From Lama glama (Eukaryota), in the NCBI GenBank assembly GCA_028534125.1, contig CM052818.1, forward strand, positions 33,358,001 through 33,421,703: 63,703 bases of DNA. The letters are read 5' to 3'. A model generated the notes under the pieces. It saw nothing but the letters and a program-made list of their open reading frames with translations. It ran no database searches and had not been told where the DNA came from. The position numbers and the translations under genes were made by a program. Shown here one piece after another: positions 1 through 12,556 of the stretch (its first letter is position 1; every line of letters starts with the position of its first letter).

Positions 1-1049
1 CAAGTAAGTGGCAAGATCACCTCCCAAGAGGAAGGGTGGGCTAGTTAGAACTGGAAGCACACGGAGAACAGAAAAACAGTTTTTAGCCATTGAAAAGAAT
101 ATGCTAAAGACTCGATAGGAAATTACCACTGAGCCATAAGGGCCCAAAATGAAATTACAATCACAAATTTGCAGTGGACCAAATCAGTATAGTTCTGGGA
201 ATTTCTTCTATAATGTTCTACCAGCAGATTGCAAAAAGGGGAAGAGCATGCAGCAAGGAACGCAGGGGACCAAGCATGCGGTCAGGAGGGCTATGAAGGT
301 GCTACTGAAGCAGCAGGTTGGCAAGACAAGGCAGCGCAGAGAATCAGCAGAATCAGCAGTGTCCAAAGTGAATGGCTCAAGGCAAAGGTCCATGGCCACC
401 GATCTGGATGGAAGAGACTCTGCAAACCAAGGGGAGAACTGAGATCCAAGAAGCAGAGCAGAGATGATGGAGCACAAGGTACAGCAAACAGGGGAGGTGG
501 GTGGCAGAGAGGGGGGTGGGAGGAGTCTGGCCAGCTGAAGAGTCATGAGTGGACTGTCATCTCACATACCAACACTGGCAGGGAGGATGGCAGAGGCGGG
601 AGAAATGGTATGACCCAGGTACTGGGGTTGTCTGCAGAGGTGGGAATGAGTCCTCAGTGGACAGAGTCAGCATGACCACTTGAGGAAAATGGTGCAGGGG
701 GACAAAAGGTGACATTTTAATATTTTCTTAAATCAGGATAAGTGGGGTAGGGGGCGGGAAATGAGGCATCCACAGAGGAGGGAAGAATCGAGTTTCACTT
801 AGAACAGGAGGGAAGCTGTATAAAGGAATAGAGAAATGATAAGAATGAGGGGAATGTTTCCAGGTGAAAGAACATTTTTAGTCCCTGTAATGTTGACTGG
901 ATTAATCAAGCTTAGAGTCTATTAGTAAAAAAAAAAACCTGAAAGCCTTTGAACTAAGGTACCACAAAAATAACACCACCTCAAAACTACTATCATTGTC
1001 TGCAGACTTACATGAAAGAGATTATATGAAGTGGACATGGATGATTTAA

Positions 1050-1200
1050 TTTCATCCTGACAACTAGACTATGAGGTGGGTATTATACTCACTTTAGAGA
1101 AGATACAAAGGCATAAATGAGTTCAATAACCCACCCCAGGTCAGCGTAGTGAGAAAGCCAGGACAGGGACCTGGGGGTAACAGCCTCTGCTGCTCAGAAC
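1050..1200 (-). mobile_element. MIR SINE fragment
   Basis: ctatgaggtgggtattatactcactttagagaagatacaaaggc...aataacccaccccaggtcagc resembles the antisense MIR core. Confidence 0.55.
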
Positions 1201-3129
1201 CACTAACAGAATTCAGATGGTAGAAGTACTCCCTCTTCCCTACTTCTGCTCCTCAGTCTTTTATCTTTAAAACATTTCTCCTAAAGCTATGCAATACCAG
1301 TTCTCAGCCACATCAGAGAACTACCAGCACGTGTTGGCACAATACTGAGAATGCACTGTGGTGCCGCCCCAGGAACGCGACTCTTCTAACCTAGAACTGA
1401 CGGATGCATTGTGCTGGAGTACAGCTGCTCCTCACTTGCAAATCACTTCCATCAGAGTGAAGGGCTTGGGCTTTTCTTTTTTTCTCCCCCACAACCATGT
1501 GCCACGGTCACACCACGATTACACCACAAGATCTTAGGGAACGCTCATTGTTGAGTCTCAGTATTTGTTTCCTCACCTCCAAAGAACATAAACAACTTGA
1601 GGCTGTCTTTACTTTGTTACTACTAACTCATTACTAAAAAATTACAAAACGTATTCTGTACTATTACCTTAATTCTTATGCGTAGTACAGAATTGTTTAA
1701 CAAATAAACTACAGTAAGCACATCTTAAGAACATCTGACACAAACGTCCCTGTGGCTTTTCGGTAGCTGTATCATTTCCACACCCAGAGGAGGAAGCAGG
1801 TTCCGTCTACCGAAAGGTAATGGGTCTGAAACAAACTAAAGAAACTGCAGGTCTCTTCTAATTTGGCTTAAAAATGACCAAATTTCTGAATGAAGGAAAT
1901 GATAGTAAAGAAATGAGGGTAGCATGGCATCACAAATGAGAGGGGCCAAATGTCAATTTGGCTGCTAGAAAATGCAGGTTCCTCACGTGTGTTGTAATGT
2001 GATAACCATTTTAAGCTGTTCTCAAATCCACAGTTGAGGTACACTGACAGTATTTAGTGGTGAGGCTCTACTATGCTTAAGCTACCACTGGGTACTCTAA
2101 AAGCAACATTTTCTGGACTGAGTAATTGGCCTCACGGGAAACAATTTCTCAACACCACGGATACCTCTCCGGTCTTAGCCACGCGCTGGCAGTTAGGGAA
2201 GTATGGTTCTAGCCTGTCTTCACCAGTGATCTGCACCACGGTCTTTGACAAGTTTCTCTTCTAGAGAGAGGAAACGGAAACTTGTCTGGCCTCTCAGAGA
2301 GCTGTGACCAGATGCACAGGAAGGTAAAGTGCCAGGCTGGTGTGTAGAAGGGACCCTGGCTGGACCTAGCTGCTTCGGGACCAGCCCCAAGTCTGTACAA
2401 CCGCACCGCATTTCCCTGCCTTCCTCTCCCGCCACCATGTAAGATTGTTTTTAGGCTCATTATTGCTCCACACACTGCTTGCTAGGAAGGAAATATTTCT
2501 ATGTAATAAAAATTCTTTTGGTGTTTTTGACTCCCTTCTCATCCATGCAAAACAGGAAAGCATGACACATTGCCTTTTATGGTTACAAAAGATCCAGACT
2601 AAGGTTCTTAATGTTCTCAGACAATTGTACTCATAGTATTACCACAACACTTTCCTAACTTAACACTGTTTGAAGAGGAAAAGATGCCTTACATACTCCA
2701 AGCTTAATACATCTCCAGGGAAGACATCACCTGACAAATGTTTACTAAATCAAGTCACTAGTTAATCAAATAGGGAGTTCAATGAAACAATGAAATTAAT
2801 CTGCTTGTAGAGGGCTACTAAAAATGAGACTGCCGAGGTAATTTTACGTGGTTTTGAAAGCAATTTTCTTCTATTTGAACCATGCTCTGAACAATGTGGT
2901 CTACAGGGCACTGCAAACCAAGGGCTTTTTGAGAAATGGTTTTTATTGTCATTTTTCTCTCATCAAATTTCTCTTACTTAGAAAGTAACTTGCTAGAGAA
3001 GTTGAGATTAATATTTCCTCAATTTATTTAAGAGTATACGTTAATTTGTATGTTTGCTCGACAAAAAATCAAGAGACAAAAAACTGGTTCAATTTGCAAA
3101 TATGAATAATTTTAAGATCTAGTGAAGAA

Positions 3130-3760
3130 CCAGTTGTTTAATGAATAACAAGTGAACAAATGAATGAATGAATAAATGCAGAACAAGCAATCGAGCCACC
3201 ATATTTTAACACTATTTCCCTCTCAGTCACTGCTCAGCAGCATTAGATACAGTTGACCATGCTTTCTTTTGGAACATCTCCCCTCTTGGTTTCTGCAATA
3301 CCACTCTCTCCTGGTTTTTCTACATTTCAGTAACCCCCTGGTTGGTCCCTTTATTGACTGCTTCTCCTCTACATGACCTCCATATATTCCTCAGGACTTG
3401 GGGCTCTTCAGGTGACTCCAGGCATTCTAGCACATCTAAGCAATGCCTTCATGCTAGACGCTTCCAGGTTGATATCTTCACCTCCATCTCTCTCTGAACT
3501 CCAGACTTGCTGACCCGATCTACTGGACATCTTCACCTAGACATCTCCTAGGCAGCTCCAAATTAACATGTGGAAACTGGAATTCTTAATCAACCCTTCA
3601 ACCTACTAACCTCTCACCCCCCTAACCCCTACCAAACTGTACCAGCTTGTACCCCTCTCCCATCCCTATCCTCCCCATCTAAGTAAATGGTACCACTAGC
3701 TACACAGTCACTCAAGCCAGAAACCTAGTGGCCATCCCTGCTTCCTCTCCACTACTATTT
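3130..3760 (+). mobile_element. L2 LINE fragment(s)
   Basis: An aatgaatgaatgaat tail, then cagcagcattagatacagttgaccatg...accactctctcctggtttt...gtaaatggtaccactagc...ctcaagccagaaacctag, typical of L2 ORF2/3' sequence. Confidence 0.75.
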
Positions 3761-6469
3761 CTGCTTCTTGATAAAATCATGGATTTCATAAAAACTACAT
3801 TTAACATTGTCCTAACCTTCCTAAGATACTGGCACTCTAGTGAACTAAGGAAGTCTGATAACATGATCTGGTGCCTTTGTTGTATTTCCTGAGCATTTTC
3901 TCTGGGGTGCGATTGAGCGAGGGGAGGGAGGTTAGGAAAAGAATTGAAGTGATATGATCAAATTAGGTCCTGGGGGCCCTCGGGTGTTCACAACAATCCA
4001 TGCTGAAGAATACATGTTCTGCAAAACCAAAGACAGTTGTCCTTAAAAAACGATCCAGTTTCCAGTGCAATCAAGAAAAAAGCCTATTTGTCGGAACTTG
4101 TATTATCTACACTGGGTGTACTTTGTATTTAAACTGGAAGCAGCCAAAGACAACAGCAGACTTCTTGACTAAGTAGTATGGAAAATCTTCAGGGTTCAAT
4201 GCAGATATGGTTCCGAGGGTCTATGAACCAGGAAAATCTGTGACTGCCTTATGCAATGCCCTATGTGAACTTCTTAAAAAAACTATCTTTTCCTGGTCTG
4301 TATCAAGTCACCCATTCCCCAGAATTCTTGGCAAAAGCATATTTCAAATATCTACTTAGTTAAATGTACACTAAAAGTATAAAGTTCACTGTTCTCAAGG
4401 AAATTTTATATTTCAAACAACAGCTTGAAAATCTGAATTTATCCAAATCAATGGAGTGCCTCTGCATGGTGAACAAGTACCATCCGCTGGTCCTTCTCTG
4501 CTTGGGTGACCATTCCCTCCAATAAATACTCTACACTTTTCATCTTCATTCACCCCTACTAATGCCATGGAGGGCAATAAAGAAGAGAAAATGCAAAAGT
4601 CCACAGAAAGGGAGAATCAGTCTACTGAAGATTTACCAATAGTATAACTCTCTTAGGAAGGGTTAGGGAAGTAAAAAAAAAAATCCTATTTATAACCCAC
4701 ACAAATCTACAAAGGGCTAAATCTGGATTTTGTTCCATGAGTGATGGTCCTAGCCTCTTCTCTCAGAATTAAAGCACTCTATATCTGTTGCATTAAGAAA
4801 TATAAATGGTATCAGTGGCATGCGATATTAGACTAGAGATTACAGAGAACTCTGGCCCTAAGAGATGTTAACCTGAACAACCAAAAAAGTTCTGAATTTA
4901 AGCTTACGCATAAATAGAGACAAAGGGAGACTTCAAAGCACTGCAGACTATCAAGTTTTCCTAAATAAGTGCAAGGAAGAGCCTGAAGGTCAAGTGGTTG
5001 AACATTTGGAAATACCATCCTATTCAAAGAACAACACTTAACCTGCTTCAAGCATTTTCCTAAGGTTGTAATTGACTACTTATTAAAAAATGCTCTTGCA
5101 ATCTTAAATCTTAGGTAAGAACTGAATTCAGGGTCAGAGAAGGACTTTGTTGTCATGGCTCCTGTCACAGAAGGAAAGCTGTGGTAACAAACGATTCTTA
5201 TCTCTTTACATACCGCTTCAAACATTTTTGAAAAGTAAAACTGACAAAATGCAGTCTGCTCTCTGCAACATTCAAGATCTGGTCTCTATCAGCTTCACCA
5301 ATTTCAGCTCCAATGGAAATACCACATATGCAATTTTCTAGCTGAAATAAAATTCCAAGATTATGCTCTTTGAATTCATTTGTGATTGGGGGTGAGGGGG
5401 GGAGTGTTAAACTCCTAAGTAAAATCACAGCCAGATAAGAAGCAGCAAAGGGCCATCACCACTGAGGAAAACTGGGGGGTCCTCGGAGGCACTGAAGACG
5501 AAGGAAGATCAGTGGCACTGATCGCTGGCTCCACAGAGAGAAAGCGCGGGCACCAACACAGCCAGACAACATGGCCGAGCTTAAAGAACACGCTAGGTTG
5601 AAAGTGAGCAAAATCGAACACTGGAACTTACTGTGTTTCATAAACAGGTTTTCAATACAGTCTGTTTCTCATAAATTGTCTTCATTGTTAAAGGAATAAG
5701 GGAAGACCACCTACAGTTTTACCAAAGGAACTAAACCCAAACTGTTTTCCTGTCAAACTACTATAACATATATGAGAAAATACTTCTTAACTACTTTTCA
5801 GGAATTTAATCATTATGTAAATTGACATCAAGAGACTAAAAATTAAATTTAACAGATAGATTTGCATGATAGAAAAAAAAATACGGGAGTGAAATTCAGT
5901 GGTTTTGAACCTGAATTTCCCAAATGAACTACTATTTGGCTAACCAAATAGTAGATGAGAGAAAGCATCTCCTTATTAAATTATTCCAGCTAATAAACAG
6001 AGTGATCTAATGTTTTAGTTTTCTTTTTTTTACTGGTCAAAATTAATACCCCCCTGGGGATTTTTGAAGAGAGCATGGGCATTGGAGGTAAGAGATGACA
6101 AAGTATTTTCTCTCCATAGGAAAAAAAGAGACACACAAGGGGCATTAGAATAGGAGTTGCCATAGATACAAACTTTCAGGTTAGCTAACAAGGGGAAACG
6201 CTTTCATAGTGCCCTGGAGCAGGGAGATAAAGACACTAGAAAGCTTTGTAAGAATGAAAGCTTTTCTTAAAACTATAAAGAAAAACTAGAGTGAAAAAGT
6301 AATTTGATAACAGTTAGGTTTAATGAAGCTATTTGAAACCTGCCTTAAAGTAGGTTTAACTTTTTAAGGTTTATTCATTATAGCATCTAGGCTTGGATTT
6401 GTTGTACCAACCACAGCAATTAGTAAATATTTGTCCTGTTATTTTAAGAATTATTTTTATCACAATCAT

Positions 6470-6640
6470 AGTGCCAGGAATGATAACAGATAACATTCAT
6501 AGATACCAACTCATTTAATCTTCACAGCTACTCTCTGAAGTAGGTGTAACTGTGTACATACAAAGGGGCTCAACTAGCAAGCAGCCGAGCTGGAACACTG
6601 ACACTTCCGTGTGTTTGCATTTATCCACTGCTTTGCAGTT
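6470..6640 (-). mobile_element. MIR fragment
   Basis: aactcatttaatcttcacagctactctctgaagtaggt matches the antisense MIR core. Confidence 0.55.
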
Positions 6641-8912
6641 ATTTGGCAGTTAATCTTCCTGCTGGGTCAATCCCACTCTAAATTCCCATGGTTGGGGGGC
6701 AACCCAACCTTAATGGAATTTAGGAGATACTAAGAGCTCTCTAGAGGGAATGACTATCTGGATCAGTTCCGTTTCAGGAAGGAAATATTAGAAGTATACT
6801 TGACCTATACATTTAACTTGTAACTAACTCTTTGACCCACCATATTCTAAAGACAGCTGGAAATATATTAGGTTTCAGCCTATAAACTATACATTTCTCT
6901 AGTTGGCACACAGTAGGTACTCAATACTTGAATGAAAGTGAGAATGAATACATGAGCTAACAATCCGAAACTTTCAGACACATTGTACAATCTGCATAAT
7001 ACCTAGGAAGTAAACGAGATAATCTGTCGTGGCCTCTTTCTTCTTAAGTAGCAGTAGCAGTTGAAAGACAGAATCAAAGAAAGGGATAAATACAGGATCC
7101 CTGGAAAGAAGAGCAAGGAAGAAAAGGACCAATGCAGGGCGTATGAGGTTGAGAAAACCAACAAAGAGGGTAATGGAGGAAGATGGAAATTTTCTCACTA
7201 ATATGTAAGTTTACATGGATATATATGTCTTTATTTTCAGTTTGCAAGGAGTCTCTATCATCCTCAAAGATGAAAATATAATGAAGATGTACCCTTCATC
7301 ATGCTCCATGAAAAACATCCTCTGAAATAAAAGTAAAGGAGAAAAAAATCAGAGCAGAGTTTTTTAAATCCACTCTCTTTTTTTTTTTTTTTTTTGGTTT
7401 TTATCAACCCAGTTATTTTGGGTTGCTATTCACTAAAAGCTATAAGAATGTCAGTGTCGAGGCCATATGTTGAAAGTCAACGGGATTCTTTTTCTCCAAG
7501 CGTTCTCTCTTTTATTGGCAGGTTTTCCTAGTAAGATCTGTCATCTGGAAGAGCTCATTCTGCACAGTTGATGATTTTCCATAGGTTATGTTTTCAGGCT
7601 GAATCATAATCTTTTGTAGCCATAATCTGCTGAAATTCTCATCACATTCATACAATATTTAAAACATTTTGTTTTCTTTCAAAATGTAATATATGAGTTT
7701 TCCTCCATCTTCACAATTAAACCAATATCGAAATGTCTTGGCAGAATTCATTATAGGGTGGGAAGGGTAATTAAATTTTAGAACTTAAAACCCCAAATCT
7801 ACCACAGAGCTGTAAACTTAGAATTTTATGTATTCTTAGCAAAGGTCATCTGCATCAGCCAAGCAAGTTCACAAATGCCACATTGCATGACTGATTCTGA
7901 TTTATGGCTAAGATTGTTAGAACTTGTATTTTGTGCCCTTGTGACGCATGTACATTGTAAATATTGTATAAGAAGACTGGAATGCAATAGCCATAAAAAT
8001 AATTGCAGGCTATTACACAATCAGAGGTCTGTTTCTACCTTTTATTAGGCTTGTCTCATCATACCAAGTAAAATATATAAACTGAATAAAAACAGACTGA
8101 GTTCTAAAAGTATATTTCCTTTTATCTGTTATCTTCAGATTTAAGATTTTAATTGCTATGATGTGGATCATAATGTTTCTTTTTAAAAAATCAGTAGAAA
8201 ATGTAGAGTTCACTTGAATAATATAAGAACTCATCTACATTATCAAGAAATCATTTTACATATACTATATACACATTTTTTTTCTTTAGCAAGCAGATTC
8301 TTCCTGAGTATACACTGGGTTCAGGACAGAATGCTAGAATGCAGGGAAATACAAAGACAAACTAGACTAATTCTGCCATAAGGAGCTTAAACTCACAAGC
8401 ATCATCCCTTCCTTCCTATCGTACTGCTTCCAGAGTATGACTTCACTTCCGGACGGCTGCCGTCTCCTCTGACCTGGCTTCTTGCCGCCATATGTCATCC
8501 CCAGAGAATCTGAGGGCACCACATTGCCTATCTCTTGCCTCTGACTTTTTAGCATGTACTAAATGAAGTTCAAATCCTTTAACCTGGCATTCCACACTCA
8601 ACAATCTTGTTTTTCCCTGAACAGAATTCAAACTTGTCTACCTCAAGGCCTTTCCCCAAACTTACTCTTCCTGGAAGTGACAGTGGTATAAGGCCACATC
8701 TCATGGGTAAGACTTCAACAGGCAGAAATTGTAACATAGAGTATTCCAGGCCAAAGATGACACAAAACCAAGGAAACGTAAGCAATGTTCAGGCTACCTG
8801 TTTGGTGTGGGTGGCACGTGAGGCTGATGCAGGTAAGGAGAGGGATACAGGGATAACGTAACACTCATGAGCTTTCAGAGCCTAGTGTTTGTCTATTGAC
8901 CTACTTACTTCC

Positions 8913-9433
8913 TGTAGTGGTTTTAAAATATGTCCACAAATTCCTTGATACTCTTACCTTCAAGAATTGGAGCCTAACTGTCTTTCCCTTAAGTGTGAGC
9001 TGGACTTATACTAATGAAGTCAATGAAGGGAAAGGACAGTGTGTGACTTCAGACACTAGGTCATAAAGGGCACTTCAGCTTCCACCTTACTCTCTCAGAC
9101 TGCTGGCCCTGGAGGAATTCAGGCGCCATGTTGTGAGGACACTCACTCAGCCTACAGAAAGGCCCATGTGATGAGGACTGAAGCCCTCCTGCCAATGGCC
9201 ACGGGAATGAGCCATCTTGGAAGCTGATGCTCCAGGCCCAGCTGAACCTTTAGATGACGACATCACTGCCAACATCTTGACAGCAACTACATGAAAAACT
9301 TCAAGCTGGAAACCCACAGCTAAGTCACTCCCAAATTCCTAACCCAGAGAAACCGTGACAAAATGAATGTTTATTGTTTTAAGGCACTAAGTTTTGGAAT
9401 AATTTATTATGCAATAGTAAATAACTACAATAC
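8913..9433 (+). mobile_element. MaLR solo LTR (MLT1F-like)
   Basis: Starts tgtagtggttttaaaatatgtccacaaattc. Internal gccatgttgtgaggacactc...ggcccatgtgatgagga. Ends tgttttaaggcactaagttttggaataatttattatgcaatagtaaataact. Confidence 0.85.
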
Positions 9434-11199
9434 TACCTATAGACAAATGTCTACCAAGACGTATGACTTCAGATATAAATATAAATCTTTAAGACAATAT
9501 TCCCCAACAGTACACTAAAAAATAAATAGCCTTTTAACCTGCGGTATCACTGATATGATTAGAAAGCACAGTGAGGACACATCACATTTATCATGTTTTC
9601 CAGCATATATATCCTCAGCATCAAGTGCAGTGTCGAACACAGTAACAATCCAATAATATCTGTTGACTAGAAGGATGGATGGACCCTTTTCCAAGGATGA
9701 CTCTGAAGGAGATTTTCTTACACACAATAGATTTCATAGCCCCGAGTTTCTTAGCAGAAGACAAGACTAGGCAGGGCAAATGGAGGTAAAATATAATCAC
9801 CTTCTTATTGAAAAATCCAACTACAAATACAGAAACCCACACAAAAAAATATCTACAGTTTAGTGAATTACTAAAAGATAAACACCCTTGAAAGAACCAC
9901 CTAGATCAAGAAACAGAACTTCGCCAGCCACCCAAGGAGTCTCTCCAAACTAGTGTGTGCACAGATGTAGTTTCCTTTCCTACATCCTACATCTAAGGGA
10001 AGAACTAGGGTAGTAAGGCTTAGAAAAGAGAGAGAAGATTAAAGGAGAACTAGATCCAAGGGGTGGCTCCTGTCATGGCCAGGATCTCATAATCAGAGTT
10101 CCTACAGCACTAAGAATTGGCTGCCAGTTGTAGGAACTGTGGGTAAGAAACAAGAGCTGTACAGCAGGATCACAATGATAAGACCCTCAATGTGAACCCA
10201 TTATCCTTCTTCTCAAATTTTTAATACATGGCACAATAGAGACACAAATGGGATTTTTGAATGAGAGATGTGATGGTGGTGGCAGGTTCAGATCTCACAC
10301 TTACAAATGAGACAGCACTCTTGCTTTGTAGATTTTAATTCTGGGTACTTTTATGTCACACTACCCACTAAAGTTAAATTGCCTGGAACTGTCCTTTTAT
10401 CGTCTAATAACGAAACATCTGATAGTGTGTAAATAAATGGGGTAAATAAATTAAGTTGAACTTTTAGCTACGTGCTATCAACTATAATTTTTTCTACTGC
10501 GATTATAGATTGCCTGAGTGTTCTAGCATAAAACTTCAGCTTTATGCGTGATGATTCTCAGCATATGAGTTTGTGACAATTTCCTAAAATGGATCAACTG
10601 AACATTAGAGTACTGTAATCATTCAAAAGGATTGAAAAACAGAAAAGAATAGCCTCATGTTGATTTCCAGTTTTTTGCAACATCAGTGATGGCAGCCAGA
10701 AAAGACTGAATCATTCTAAAATTATTGTAAGAACTTGCTTAACTTGTACTCAGGGTGGAAAACAGATCTTACACAGCCTTAACAGAACTCAAAAGTCTTA
10801 CTCTTTAATGACGTAATTGTTTAGAATTGCTAATAAAGTTTCCTGGACAGGCTGTGATATATTTCAAATGAAACAAGGTTGGATGATGCCACCAGTCTAC
10901 ACATGTGACCACAGATTATGCAAGAATATGCATATCTGAAGCAGGTTCCCTTCACTGCCAAGTGACTTGCTAGAGTAACTTTTAGAGAGGGGTGGGGGTG
11001 GAATGTGTTGACAGGACTACTATGCATTCCCACCAAAAAGTTTCTGTCAAGGAAAGAAATATTTTCATAATTCCATTATATCAGAGGCTAGAAAAAACTA
11101 TGCTGACCTTTGAATGTGTAAGAATAAAGTTCCATCCCTTTATGTAAAGAAAAGGGCCCGCTCCACCACTAGCTTCCACAGTCATCTCTCATGCTGGAG

Positions 11200-11352
11200 A
11201 GAGCATGGGCCTTTGCGTGAGGAGAACCAGAACTGAAAGCTTGCGCCCCGTCACGTACAGATGTGATAGCCCAGCCTAACCCATGAACTTCTCTCAGCTT
11301 TAGTTTCCTCATCTAAAAAAAAAAAAAAAAAATGGAGGTAATAACGCCTTCA
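11200..11352 (+). mobile_element. MIR fragment with expanded internal A-tract
   Basis: ctctcagctttagtttcctcatct(A)n tggaggtaataacgccttcat. Confidence 0.65.
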
Positions 11353-11357
11353 TGTAC

Positions 11358-12270
11358 GAGTCAAGATTTTTCTGATTATAAATGACAAAACCCAAATCAC
11401 ACTCACTTAAGCAAAAAAGATTGTTTATTGGAAAACTATGGGAGAGGCTCAAAGACTCCAAAGGACAGCTGCTCATAGGAATTACAGCCAAGACAGAGCC
11501 TCAAACTTCAAGGACTGAAACCAAAAACCTCAGCATTGACAGAATGGGTTCTCTCTAAGTCTCTAGTCCTCATCTTTACTTCTTTTTCCACAGTGGCTTT
11601 CTTCATTCACACTGTGTAGAGGTGTATAGTCCAACATGGTAGCCATTAACCAAATGTAGCCATTGAGTATTTGGAATATGACTAGTTTGAATTGAGAGGT
11701 GGTAAAGAGTAAAATACACACAAGATTTCAAAGACGTAATATAATATATACATATATATAAATCTCATTAATAATTTTAATTTTTTTACATATTGAAGTA
11801 ATGTTTTGAAAATAATGGATTAAATAAAACATATTATTAAAACTACTTCCACCTCTTTCTTAGTTCCTCTAACGCGGCAACTAGAAGTTACATATGTGGC
11901 TCATATATGTGACTTGCATTTTACTTCTACTGGGCAGTGCTGACCTAGAGACTTTTCCTACATAGTGAGAAACATGACTGACTGTAGTCCTAAACTCATT
12001 TCATTCCAGCTTATCAATATTACAGCAAAGAAAAAGTTTTTGTCTTTTTACTTTATTTTTCAAATGTTCTAGGAAAGACTGACTAGGTCAGCTTGGATGA
12101 TATACCCAGCCCTAGGACTAATCCCTTCCAGGCAGAAGAGGAGCTGAAATGTACAGCCCTACCAGAAATACAGGGATGTTGTAGGGAAGAGAAGGTGGAC
12201 ATGGGATACTGCTACAAGATGGAGGAGGAGAGATGCTACATAGACAAAACAATAGACATCCACTGTGCCA
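11358..12270 (-). mobile_element. Old MaLR LTR (MLT1J/K/N-like), interrupted by MER33
   Basis: ttttctgattataaatgacaaaacccaaatcacactcacttaagcaaaaaagattgtttattgg is the antisense MLT1 3' end. It resumes after about 11945. Confidence 0.55.
11622..11942 (-). mobile_element. MER33 (hAT-Charlie non-autonomous DNA transposon)
   Basis: gtccaacatggtagccattaaccaaatgtagccattgagtatttggaa...aatctcattaataatttt...tacatatgtggctc...tactgggcagtgctg matches the reverse complement of the MER33 consensus. Confidence 0.8.
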
Positions 12271-12556
12271 CCTTAGAGGGTAGCTATCAGGATCAAATAC
12301 ACACGTGTGTAGCACTGCCATCTCTATCAATGGCAAAATTCTGACAAAAATCCCCCCCTAAATGCTAGCTGTTACATTAAACCATGTACTCTTTGAATAA
12401 AAAGTCATTACACAGATGGCAGACATAGAAACCCAAGGGGACAAAGCACGTTGGATTGCTCCACTTGAGGATTCATCAAATGTACCTGAACCGATTATAT
12501 CTATGCTAAACCCTAGATGCTGGCAGCTTATGACTAGGAATGATTTTAAAAAGTAA

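Noticed and set aside
149..675. Three overlapping ORFs (97-148 aa) at the window start
   Set aside because: Purine/G-rich low-complexity sequence, possibly degraded antisense L2. No recognisable protein and no exon structure.
490..760. G-run clusters as G-quadruplex candidates
   Set aside because: Irregular loops in generally purine-rich sequence; no evidence beyond composition.
4413..4604. ORF containing GVNEDEK, superficially like the next BABAM2 exon (DVNEDPGED...)
   Set aside because: Similarity is limited to 4 residues, the rest does not match, and there is no pyrimidine-rich acceptor.
7378..7660. Poly(T) run as a retrocopy tail, and a C-box/D-box pair (GTGATGA...CTGA) on the minus strand
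   Set aside because: No TSD found. The C-to-D span is only about 52 nt with no convincing terminal stem or guide sequence.
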